Assembly (NCBI GenBank): GCA_963815115.1
Contig: CAWFFN010000009.1
Location: 1,376,001 to 1,440,000 of the forward strand
Direction: 5' to 3'
Length of the DNA stretch: 64,000 bases
From: an uncultured delta proteobacterium
GTDB taxonomy: Bacteria; Desulfobacterota; Binatia; DP-6
Position 1 is the stretch's first letter. Each line of letters begins with the position of its first letter. Of the stretch, positions 9,429 to 19,378 are shown piece by piece. A program made the position numbers and the translations under genes. The notes beneath the pieces were generated by a model. That model was not told where the DNA came from, did not search any database, and worked only from the letters and a program-made list of their open reading frames with translations.

Positions 9429-10467
9429 ATGACGAGGTCGAGTCTGGCGCTGGACCGCGGCGGGGTCCTCTGGGGCGCAGTGGCCGTTGCGCTCGCCCTC
9501 GCGCTCGGAGCGCTCGGCAGCGGTGGTCTGCGGTGGTTCGACGCGGCACTCGCCGGCTATCTGCTCGGGACGCTGTTCGCCATCTTCGGGACCGTTTACC
9601 GCTACCGCGTGTGGTTGCGGCGCCCGCCCACCGCACTGCTCAACCGCCGGGGATGGGAAGCGTTCCGGCGCGGGGGCGTGGGGAACGTCGCGCGTCTGCT
9701 CGGGCTGGTATCGACCAACCTCGTCGGGCAGGCGTTCATACGCCACCGCTCCACCTCGCGCTGGATCGCGCACCAGCTCGTCTTCTGGGGCTGCGTCCTG
9801 GCCGCGCTCGTGACCTTCCCACTCGTCTTCGGCTGGCTCCACTTCGAGTCGGTCGGCCAGGACGCCGTCACGGTATCGCGCCTTCGTCGCGAACGTCGCC
9901 GTTCTCGGCTTCGATTCCCACGGCATCGTCGGCTGGCTGATGTTCCACGCGCTCGACGTCGCCGCTGTCCTCGTCCTGGCGGGCGTCTTCCTGTTTCTCG
10001 GCCGCCGCGTTCGCGACCCCGGGGCGCTCGCGGTCGAGCGCGCCAACGACTTCCTCGCCCTCGCCGGCCTGTTCGCCGTGTCCGTGACCGGTTTGATGCT
10101 CACGGCCTCGGCGCTCTGGATGGGCGGCCGCTTCTACACGTTCCTGACCACCGTGCACGCCCTGACCGTGATCATGGGGCTGATGTACCTCCCGTTCGGC
10201 AAGCTCTTCCACATCTTCCAGCGACCCGCGAATCTCGGCGTGCAGTTCTACCGGCAGGCCGGCGCCGACGGGCCGCCGCAGCACTGCTGCGAGTGCGGCG
10301 CCGCGTTCGCCTCCGCGCTGCAGGTCGGGGATCTCAAGGACGTCCTGCCGCAGGTCGGATTCGACTACGCGCTGGCGGGCGGCGGTCACTATCAGGACGT
10401 CTGCCCGGCCTGCCGCCGGCGCCTGGTGGCGCTCGCGCAGACGCGACGCGTCGCGGGGTTCGGCTGA
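9429..10467 (+). CDS. NarI/nitrate-reductase-gamma-like multi-TM protein with C-terminal Zn-ribbon (frameshift near 9870)
   Basis: ATG 9429 after GGGAG. TM helices with WIAHQL, FHALD and VHALTVIMGLMYLPFGKLFHIFQRP (His pair 18 residues apart). C-terminal CCECG...CPACR. Removing one extra G at about 9872 joins the two ORFs. Confidence 0.75.
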
Positions 10468-12705
10468 TGGCCACGCCCCCCGCTGAGCGACGCGGAGCTG
10501 ATCGCGCGCTACGGACCGCACCTCAACGAGGCGCCCCCGGGCGGATGGAACCAGGGCCTGGACGTCGACCGCGAGGTGAAGACGCATTGCTGCTTCTGCG
10601 GCCAGCAGTGCGGCATCATCCTCAAGGTGAAGGACGAGCGGGTGGTCGGGTTCGAACCCTGGTACGAGTTCCCCTTCAACGAAGGCAAGCTCTGCCCGAA
10701 GGGCGTCAAGCGGTACCTGCAGGGCGAACCATCCCGATCGCCTGCTCGAGCCACTCGAGCGTGCGCCGGACGCGCCGGGCGGCTTCCGGCCGATCGGCTG
10801 GGACGCCGCCCTCGATCGCGTGGTGGCCGAGATCCGGCGCATCCAGGGCGCCCACGGTCCCGATGCGTTCGCGATGCTCTCGGGCGTCTCGCTGACGAAC
10901 GAGAAGTCCTACCTGGTCGGCAAGTTCGCCCGCCTGGCGCTGGGCACGGCCAATCTCGACTACAACGGCCGGCTCTGCATGGTCTCGGCCGGCGCCGCGA
11001 ACAAGAAGGCGCTCGGCATCGACCGGGCGAGCAACCCGTGGAGCGACATCCGCCTGGCCGACGTGGTGTTCGTCGCCGGGGCGAACGTCGCCGAGTGCGC
11101 TCCCGATCACCACCAGCTACATCTGGCAGGCGCGCGACCGGGGCGCGACGCTGATCGTCGCCGATCCCCGCGTCACCCCGCTGGCGCGCACCGCCGACGT
11201 GTTTCTCGGCCTGCGTCCGGGCACCGATTCGGCGCTCATGGGCACGATCCTGCACGTGCTCATCGTGCGCGACTGGCTCGATCACGACTTCATCGATCAG
11301 CACACCGAGGGCTTCGCGGAAGCGGCCGAGGCCGTGCGCGACTACACGCCGGCCTGGGGCGCCCGCGTGACCGGCGTCCCGGCGGCGCGCATCGAGCGCG
11401 CCGCCGAGCTCTGGGGAACCGCGAGGACGGGTATGCTTGCTGCACGCGCGCGGGATCGAGCACCACACCAAGGGCGTCGAGAACGTCCTGTCGTGCATCA
11501 ATCTCGGGCTGGCGACCGGCAAGTACGGCAAGCCCGGGTGCGGCGTGACGACGATCACGGGCCAGGGCAACGGCCAGGGCGGCCGCGAGCAGGGACACAA
11601 GTGCGACCAGCTGCCGGGCAATCGCGACATCACGAATCCCGAGCACCGCGCCTACGTCGCCTCCGTGTGGGGCTGCGACGTCGCCGAGATCCCGGGCAAG
11701 GGCAAGACCGCACAGGAGATCATGGACGCGATCCATGCCGGCGAGATCAAGGGCCTGCTCTCGATCTGCTTCAATCCCGCGGTCTCGCTGCCCGACACCA
11801 CCTTCACCGCCGCGGCGCTGGACCGCCTCGAGTTCTATGCCGTCATCGACTTCTTCCTCTCGGAGTCCGCGCGACACGCCGACGTCGTCCTGCCGGGATC
11901 GCTGCACGAGGAGGACGAGGGCACCTCGACGACGGTGGAGGGACGCGTCGTCAAGATCAATGCCGCCATCCGCCCGCCCGGCAAGGCCCGGCGCGATTGG
12001 CAGATCCTCGTCGACCTGGCGCACCGGCTCGGGAAGGGCCGGTACTTCCCCTACGGCAGCACGCGGCAGATCTTCGACGAGCTGCGCGTCGCCTCGCACG
12101 GCGGGACCGCCGACTACACCGGGATCACCTGGCAACGCGTCGAGGACGAGCTCGGCGTCTTCTGGCCGTGCCCGGCGGAGGGCCATCCCGGCACGCCGCG
12201 CCTGTTCGAAGGCGGGCGCTTCTACACCGACACCGGCCGAGCCAGGTTCCACCCCGTCCGCCATCGCCCGCCCGCCGAGGTCGTCGACGACGAGTTCCCG
12301 GTCTGGCTGACCACCGGTCGCGTCGTGAGCCAGTACCTGTCGGGGACCCAGACCCGCCGCATCGCGCCGCTGGTCGCGCAGTATCCGGAGCCACTGTGCG
12401 AGATGCATCCGCTCCTCGCCGCGCGCCACGGCATCCAGGACGGGGACGTGGTCCGGGTGACGTCGCGCCGCGGCGCCATGACCCTGCCGGCGGCGGTCGT
12501 CGAGACCATCCGGCCCGACACGGTCTTCATCCCCTATCACTGGGCCGGACGGCAGGCCGCCAATCAGCTCACCCATCGCGACCTCGACCCGATCTCGAAG
12601 ATCCCGGAGTACAAGGTGTCGGCGGTCCGTATCGAGCGCGTGGGTCCGGGCGGTGCGGTGCGAGATGCGCGCGACCTGTCGCTGCGCACGGGGAGCGCGT
12701 CGTGA
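10467..12705 (+). CDS. Mo-bisPGD oxidoreductase catalytic subunit, NasA/NarB (nitrate reductase)-like; 4 frameshifts
   Basis: 4Fe-4S motif [11 protein letters not shown]...GKLCPKG, Mo-Cys ligand motif [23 protein letters not shown], and a C-terminal LTTGR..SGTQTRR...[10 protein letters not shown] domain. ATG overlaps the upstream TGA. Single-base insertions at about 10480, 10726, 11104 and 11437. Confidence 0.85.
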
Positions 12706-13331
12706 CCCGTCTCGCGGGCGTCGGGGAGAAGATCTTCGTCATCGATCAGAGCCGCTGCATCGGCTGCCAGTCGTGCGTCCAGGCCTGCGGCGAGTGCGGC
12801 ACCCATCGCGGGCACTCGATGATCCATCTGGACTTCGTCGACCGCGGCGCCAGCACGCAGACGGCTCCGATGGTGTGCATGCATTGCGAGGACCCGACGT
12901 GCGCCGAGGTGTGTCCCGCCGACGCCATCAAGCAGAACGAGGACGGCATCGTGCAGTCGGCGCTGAAGCCGCGATGCATCGCCTGCGCCAACTGCGTCCT
13001 GGCCTGCCCCTTCGGGGTCCCGAAGCTCCTGGTCGAGCTCAACCAGATGATGAAGTGCGACATGTGCTACGACCGCACCTCGCAGGACCTCGCCCCGATG
13101 TGCGCCTCGGTCTGTCCGAGCCAGGCGTTGTGGTTCGGGACGCGCGAGCAGTTCGCCGCCGGCCGCGCCGGCGTGCTCGTGAACGACTTCGTGTTCGGGC
13201 GCCAGGCCGTGCGCACCAAGGTCTACACGGTCGCGCGCGAGGCCGGACCGCTCGACGTGCTGGCGGGGCGGCAGGCACGAGCGTGGCAGGACGATCCCTT
13301 CGGCCTCGACGAGGAGGGCGCGCATGGCTGA
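12702..13331 (+). CDS. 4Fe-4S dicluster electron-transfer subunit (DmsB/NrfC-like)
   Basis: [37 protein letters not shown] and [13 protein letters not shown] motifs. GTGA overlap with the upstream gene. Confidence 0.92.
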   Translation: MTRLAGVGEKIFVIDQSRCIGCQSCVQACGECGTHRGHSMIHLDFVDRGASTQTAPMVCMHCEDPTCAEVCPADAIKQNEDGIVQSALKPRCIACANCVLACPFGVPKLLVELNQMMKCDMCYDRTSQDLAPMCASVCPSQALWFGTREQFAAGRAGVLVNDFVFGRQAVRTKVYTVAREAGPLDVLAGRQARAWQDDPFGLDEEGAHG

Positions 13332-13822
13332 CGCGGACACCCCGAAGTGGCGGGTCGATTTCCCGTTCACGGCCGCCGGCGAGGACGACGTGACGCGCCG
13401 GGAATTCGCGCGCTATCTGGTGCTCGCGTCGGGGACGTTCGCCGCCGGCAGCGTCGGCGTCGCCCTGCTGACGACCCTGCGCCCGGTCAAGCGCGGCGCG
13501 CCGCGGGCGATCGTCGCCTCGCACGCGCTGCCTCCGGGCGCGACGTACCTGTTCCGTTACCCCACGGAGTTCGACCCGGCCATGCTGGTGCGCTTTCGCG
13601 GCGGTGATCTGCGCGCCTATAGCCAGAAGTGCACGCACCTCGGCTGTGTCGTCACCTGGGATCCGGCGAGCGAGCAGATGCTCTGTCCCTGTCACGAGGG
13701 CGTGTTCGACGCGCGCAGCGGGCTGGTCGTCGCCGGGCCGCCGCAGCGTCCGCTCGGGCGCATCGAGGTCGAGGAGCGGGCCGACGGCATGGTGTGGGCG
13801 CTCGGGGCGGGAGGTCGACTGA
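13324..13822 (+). CDS. Rieske [2Fe-2S] protein with twin-arginine-like signal/anchor (apparent fusion to the next gene is a frameshift artefact)
   Basis: [15 protein letters not shown] followed by a TM helix, then [14 protein letters not shown] and GPPQRPL. Removing one G at about 13806 gives ...LGREVD* ending at TGA 13820-13822. Confidence 0.88.
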
Positions 13823-14013
13823 TGGCCCGGGCGCGCCAGGTGTCCTCCGCGATCGGGATATTCGTCGGCGTGCTGCTCGCGCTGCAGGTCTTCCTGCTCT
13901 CGGTCGGGCTCGACGCCCTGCACGCGCACGACGAGCGGCTCGCGTGGACCGCGGCAGCGCTCTCGGTCGTGCTCGCCGCCGGGTCGGGCGCCTTCTACCG
14001 GTATCTGCGCTGA
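13822..14013 (+). CDS. Small 2-TM protein (DUF6755-like)
   Basis: GGAGG RBS upstream and TGATG overlap. [33 protein letters not shown]...WTAAALSVVLAAGSG. Confidence 0.7.
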   Translation: MARARQVSSAIGIFVGVLLALQVFLLSVGLDALHAHDERLAWTAAALSVVLAAGSGAFYRYLR

Positions 14014-14695
14014 TGGCGGGCGAGCCGGGTCGCGTCCCGCCCGCACCACCCGGGTCCGATCGGCGGCGACATGGCGGCGGTCCTGTGGGGCATCGCGCGC
14101 CGGCTCCAGCTGCCGGCCCTCGAGGCCCGTCATTCCCAGATCGGCGTCCTCGGTCTGTTCGCCCTGGTGAACGGCGTCATCTCCATCGGGCTGATGGCGA
14201 TGGCAGCCTTGCTGACGGGCGCTCCGTTCATCTTCCCGTCGCTGGGACCCACCGCGTTTCTGCTCTTCTACACGCCGACCCTCCCCGCGGCGTCGCCGCG
14301 CAACACGCTCGGCGGGCATCTGATCGGCGCCCTCGCCGGCTATCTGGCGCTGGTCGTCTTCGGCCTCACGGAACGCGGCCCGGCGCTGGCCTCCGGGGTG
14401 GAGTGGGCGAACGTCGGCGCGGCCGCGCTGTCGCTCGGTCTGACCAGCGGCGCCATGGTCTGGCTGCAAGGTTCCGCACCCGCCGGCAGGCGCGACCACC
14501 CTCATCGTCTCGCTCGGCATCCTGCACCGGCCCTGGCAGCTCGCCGTGCTGATGCTCGCCGTCGCCCTCCTGCTCGTCCAGGGCTTCGTGATCAACCGCC
14601 TGGCGGGCATCGACTATCCGGTCTGGGCGCCGCGGCCGGGTCCGGCACCAGGCGCGCCGCCCGCGCGCGTCCCCGATCGGACGAGCGTCACCTGA
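14013..14695 (+). CDS. HPP family transporter (frameshifted)
   Basis: FPSLGPTAFLLF..P.ASPRNTLGGH. After removing an extra A at about 14469 it reads VPHPPAGATTLIVSLG (HPP motif) to TGA 14693-14695. Confidence 0.85.
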
Positions 14696-15004
14696 GGCTC
14701 GTGCGGCCGCTCCGTGAGCGTGCCGCGATGCGGTCGACGCCGATCAGTCGAATCCTTTGTGCGACGATGGCGAGCACCTTCACTTCAGCGTATGTGGGAA
14801 CGTTTCTCTCGTCGCGCTGCCGACACCGCGATCGGCCAATCGCGGGCGCGACGAGCGATATCCCGAGCGTGGGCTCGCAGCCTACCGAGCATCCGGCTCG
14901 TGTGGTGGCCGGAGCAGGAACAGGACCCTGCCTAGCGTGACGTGAGGAAGATGCTCCCACTGGAGGCGGTTGGGCGGTTTGCGCGCGCTGCGTCGTTTGA
15001 CGTC

Positions 15005-15885
15005 TCACTCCGGCGCGCCGAAGTTGTTGGGCTCGAGAGCCTGGCGGGGGGTGAGCCCGAAGCCGATGTGGGTGCCGAAGACCGCCATTGCGAGCGCCTG
15101 GAATGCGGGCGGAGGTGTGATCGCGTTGGGCTGCTTCGTGGACACCACTTCGATCGTCGTCCGGCGGGCGGGCGAGTACATCGCGATCGACTCGTAGCCG
15201 GCGAAGCTGCCGGTTCCACCGATGAAGCCACCGGTCTTGACGAAGCCCAGTCCGTACTTCCATCGCCCCGGTCCGTTGTAGCCCCCTGCGAACTCGAACG
15301 GCACCGCATCCTTGTTCGCCGCCTTCCACACTGCCCGTTTGAGCAGCGCACCGGTCGCCAATGCCCGGGCCCACACGCGCATGTCAGCGAGTGTGGAGAC
15401 CATGCCCCCGTGCGCCCACAGGCACGACGCCGGCAAGGGCGTGGCGTCATCCGAGGCCGTCGGCGCCTGCGTCGGGAAGGTCTCTCCGGTCCCGTACCCG
15501 TGGGTGAACGGCGCGCTCAGGCCGTTGCCCGAGGTTGGAAGGAGGGTTCGACGGAGACCCAGCGGCGTGGCGATGCGTTGCTGAAGCGCCGTGCTGAGAT
15601 CCTGGCCGGTGACCAGCTCCACAACCCGGCCGAGCAGGTTGTAGCCGTAGTTGCTGTAAGACCATTTCGTACCCGGTGCCGCGATCGGAGGAGCCGTCGC
15701 CTCGATCGTGAGCAGCTCGTCGACGGTACAGCCGGTGGCGAGCTTCGCCTGGATGGCCGGGAGGGAGAAGCCATCCCCGAGACCGCTGGTGTGATTGAGC
15801 AGCTGTCGGATCGTGACCTGATCTCCGTTGGGGACAGCAGCGATCCACTTGGAGATGTGGTCATCGAGAGAGACCGTGCGCTCAG
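15005..15885 (-). pseudogene. 5'-truncated serine hydrolase (beta-lactamase/peptidase S12 family)
   Basis: SLDDHISKW, TIRQLLNHTSG, WSYSNYGYNLLG and WAHGGMVST motifs. The frame is closed by TGA just upstream (about 15909), so the SxxK motif and start are missing. Confidence 0.75.
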
Positions 15886-16311
15886 CCCCCGTTCGGACCC
15901 GCTCGGGTCAGTCGTCCTCACTGCCGTGCCCGTGAGGAAGCCAGGCGTCGACTCGCACTCCTGCTGGCCCCGGTCAAGCCAGCGTCCGCGAACGCCGAGC
16001 CGCTGCTGTCGCAACCGGCGCCGCCGTCGCCGCGCTTCCGCGTCTTCGCCGGTCGACCAGCTGGGAACGATAAACGCCCGTTTCGGCGAACGCTGACCGA
16101 ATGCCCCGTTCTCAGACGTTCCTCTGGACACATCCGCCGTCTATTGCCACTGCTCGCGGTGTCGCACGCGAGTGGCGCCGCTTTCGGGGCGAATGCCGAC
16201 GTCCGGCGGAAGCACTGGACGCTGGCCTCGGGCGAGGATCTCCTCCGTGAGTTCGATTCTCCTCTGTTTCTCGGTCCCTCGGCATCGTCAGCTGCGACGC
16301 GTCGGATTCGC

Positions 16312-16680
16312 CTACGGCGCCGGATAGACTGCTTCGATCATCGAGCTGCTCGACAGCACTTCGACCGACGCGCGGATGGAGCTCCTGCCACCGTCAACGG
16401 TGATCTCGCAGAAGCGATCGCCTGACGCGCCGTGGCCTGGCGCAGCTCGCGTTTCAAGCGGCGGGATGGTGAACCCCACGTGCCCGGTCGTTCCCCCGTT
16501 CAGATCGAAGACGTCGATCCTGGCGACGACGGTCTTGAGGCTCACGTTCGTCACCAGACAGAAGAAGGTCCCGTCGTCGTCTGGGATCACTGGTGGGGTG
16601 AAGATGGTCGTCGCGTGCGCTGCCGCGGCCAGGATCACGGGAAGCACGCTGGCAAGCACAAGTCTTGGGAAGAAGTTCAT
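16312..16680 (-). CDS. Small secreted hypothetical protein (beta-rich, 2 Cys)
   Basis: Signal peptide MNFFPRLVLASVLPVILAAAAHA, preceded by an AAAGGA RBS. Confidence 0.7.
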   Translation of the reverse strand: MNFFPRLVLASVLPVILAAAAHATTIFTPPVIPDDDGTFFCLVTNVSLKTVVARIDVFDLNGGTTGHVGFTIPPLETRAAPGHGASGDRFCEITVDGGRSSIRASVEVLSSSSMIEAVYPAP

Positions 16681-16880
16681 CAGACACATCCTTTCGGGCG
16701 CGCGGCGCCCGGCTTTGGTCTTGGTCCGCTGATCGTTCACGGAACCGTCTGGAGCTTGGAGAGCATCAGCACCACGGAAGGGCGCTCCCTTTCGGGGTAG
16801 CGGCTGCGAACGGAACCGCCGAGACGGTATCGGTCCGACGGGAGACATGGCGGCCCGTAGCAGCGCTGAGCCGACTGCGG

Positions 16881-18311
16881 TCAGGGTATGCCCCTACCGG
16901 CCGGTCCACCTTCGGGATCTATCGCGCCGTTCCCAGGAGAGCTCGTGGTCGTGGTCGAGGTGGCTACTGCGCTGAACCGGTCCTGCTGGACGTTGAAGCG
17001 CACGCCATCGGACTGCAGCCACACGGCGATCGCGTTGCCGTTCGCGTCCGCGCCGACGGCCGGATTGAAGGCGCTGCCGGCGTCGTCGGATTCGAGCAGC
17101 TGCGCCGCGGCGCCCCACCCGGAGCCCGGACCGGAACCTTGCGCGTAGCGGTTTGCGTAGATACTCCAATTCGTCCCGGAGCCAGTGTTCTGCACCCACA
17201 CGGCAATTGCATTGCCGCTCGGGTCCATGGTGATCGCAGGAGCGACCGCTTCCCCGACATTGGACTCGACCAGCTGCGCACCGCCCCAGTAGTTCGAATC
17301 CAAGGTGTATCGGTTCGCCCGGATGTGTCCTGACTCAGCCCATACGGCCGTGGCATTGCCGGCGGGGTCGACGGCGACCTTGGCCGAAGTGATGGAGAGG
17401 GACAACCCATCGGATATCTGCAGCGGCGTACTCCACGAACCGAAATTATCGAAATAGTGGGCTGCCCAGACGCTCAGGAGCCCACCGAGACCGAGACCGT
17501 ATTGCTGCCGCCACACCGCGATCGGGATGCCCGACTGGTCTGCCGCAATCTCGACATCGAAGGCTTCGACCCCCTCGGGCTGCGAGACCAAGACAGGTGG
17601 ATCCCAGGTACCGAACAAGGACTGAAAACGGGTCGAGTACACGCCGAAGTGTTGGCCGTCGTACTGGGTCCATACAGCGAGCGCGTTGATATTGAGGGGG
17701 TCGATGACGACCTTCGGCAGGCTCGCGTCGCCGGGCCTGTGCTCGAGGAGTATCGGTGCACCCCACACGTCATTGAAGGAGTGCGCGGCGTAGATGCTGT
17801 AGCTGTTGCTCTCGATATCCTGCTGCGCCCACACGGCCCAGGCCGAGCCCTCCGGGTCGACCGCGATCCGGGGCGCTTGCGTATCCGTGAGCACGGACTG
17901 GAGGTATTTCGGCGCACTCCATCCAGAACCCGGAACAAAGCGGCTCGCCCGGATTCTCGGCGTCGTGCCGTCATGCTGCAGCCAGATGGCGTGCGCGATG
18001 CCATTTGGAGCGATGGCGACTCGGGGATACTGCGCATCGCCCGAGGCGATGGTTTCGATCAGCTGGAGCGTGCCCAAGCCAGAACCCGTTGTGTAGTTTC
18101 GCGCCCAAATGTTCGTGCGCGGCCCATCGGTCTGCACCCACACGGCGACGGCGTTGCCGTTCGCTGCAACGGCGATGTCGGCGCCCGTCGCGTTGCCCGG
18201 ATCGTTCTCGATCGGTTCCGACGTGCCCCAGCCTTGACCATACGCATTCAGCGAGACCAGAACCCCCAGCGTTGCAATCCACCTGATGACGATTGCCAGC
18301 GCGCGCGTCAT
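16881..18311 (-). CDS. Secreted repeat protein, probable beta-propeller
   Basis: Signal peptide and about 8 repeats of the type PxVAxDxxGNAxAVWxQ...I.A.RY....W..P..LE, with a short Thr-rich tail. Confidence 0.8.
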   Translation of the reverse strand: MTRALAIVIRWIATLGVLVSLNAYGQGWGTSEPIENDPGNATGADIAVAANGNAVAVWVQTDGPRTNIWARNYTTGSGLGTLQLIETIASGDAQYPRVAIAPNGIAHAIWLQHDGTTPRIRASRFVPGSGWSAPKYLQSVLTDTQAPRIAVDPEGSAWAVWAQQDIESNSYSIYAAHSFNDVWGAPILLEHRPGDASLPKVVIDPLNINALAVWTQYDGQHFGVYSTRFQSLFGTWDPPVLVSQPEGVEAFDVEIAADQSGIPIAVWRQQYGLGLGGLLSVWAAHYFDNFGSWSTPLQISDGLSLSITSAKVAVDPAGNATAVWAESGHIRANRYTLDSNYWGGAQLVESNVGEAVAPAITMDPSGNAIAVWVQNTGSGTNWSIYANRYAQGSGPGSGWGAAAQLLESDDAGSAFNPAVGADANGNAIAVWLQSDGVRFNVQQDRFSAVATSTTTTSSPGNGAIDPEGGPAGRGIP

Positions 18312-18847
18312 GACGAACCTCCCATTCTCCGTTCGCACCTCGTGTGCGGTCGTGGGACGCCGCTCCGGGCGCTCCCATGGGTCTCGCTCGCGCGTCTTCG
18401 AGTGGGGGCCGTCGTGCTCCGCGCGCGAGCTAGTGACGTGTCCGGACGCGGACGACCCGCGGCGGGATGCGCGCCGCGTGCACGGGTCGGCGGGCACACG
18501 GATGGTTCCACCCCCACCGCGTCACGCGGGGGACCGGACCAGTCAGCAGCCTGATAGACTGGTAGCGTGCATCCAGGCCGACGCGTATCGGTCTGCGCGG
18601 CCCCGTTCAGCAACGCTCCCTGTCGCCGCGCGGTACGCATCCTGGTGCTCATGCGCTACCCTTCGGGTAGCGGCCCGCTACCCGGTCGTCGTTCGTGCAA
18701 CGCGCGGCGCGGTGCGCCGGCGAACCGAAGATCCGGTCGCTGCGACTACACCCGTACGAACGCCCGCAGCTTGCGAGCAGTGTCGCTGGCACCGAGCCGA
18801 TGCCACACTCACCGTACGCGAGGCGGTGCGCGCGAGAGAGCATCGCT

Positions 18848-19270
18848 TCACTCGCCGACGCGCACCGCGGCGACGCCTGATGCCGGCCAGCCGTTCTCGG
18901 CGAGAGAATCCGGGGGGCGCACGGACCGATGCGCTCCTGACGATCTCGGCGACGTCGGGAACCGCAGCCTCTTCACGAAGTGCTCGTAGTGGTCTTGCGT
19001 CGAAGCGAGCCCCGCGGAGGCGCGCGAGCAGGACGAGGCGCCGGTGGCGGCGCGCAGAAGCCGCAGGCGGAGAGGGACGTCGTCTTCGATGTGCTCCTTT
19101 CGGCTGTCGGGTGAATCGGGACCCGAGTGGCCGATGTGCCACCCGGCGTCATATCCCCTACGCACGACACCGGATGGCGGATCACCCGCCGCCCCAAAAT
19201 GCCCCCCGAGCGACTCGACGGTGCGGGTGCGCTCCGGCGCGATCGCGCCGGGATACGTGGGCCCGTCCAT
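18848..19270 (-). pseudogene. Possible highly eroded alpha/beta-hydrolase remnant
   Basis: Scattered motif-like pieces (PERTRTVESLG, GDP, GYDA, IGHS, HFV) in a 140-aa ORF. Weak evidence. Confidence 0.25.
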
Positions 19271-19378
19271 GGGCCGCGTACGAGAGCCTGGCCGAAAAAC
19301 CGATGGTAACGTTCGCCGAAGGCGAAAATGGGCCGCGGGCGTTGACGCCAGCGGGAGGGAGGCAGTAGTCAGGGCCCC

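Noticed and set aside
11199-13331. 710-aa ORF suggesting a Mo-enzyme/ferredoxin fusion
   Set aside because: The middle ~420 aa are off-frame nonsense caused by the frameshift at about 11437. The 4Fe-4S gene has its own GTG at 12702.
13324-14013. Rieske-membrane protein fusion (229-aa ORF)
   Set aside because: An internal GGAGG RBS and TGATG overlap at 13820-13824, plus an extra G in a G-run, indicate two genes joined by a frameshift error.
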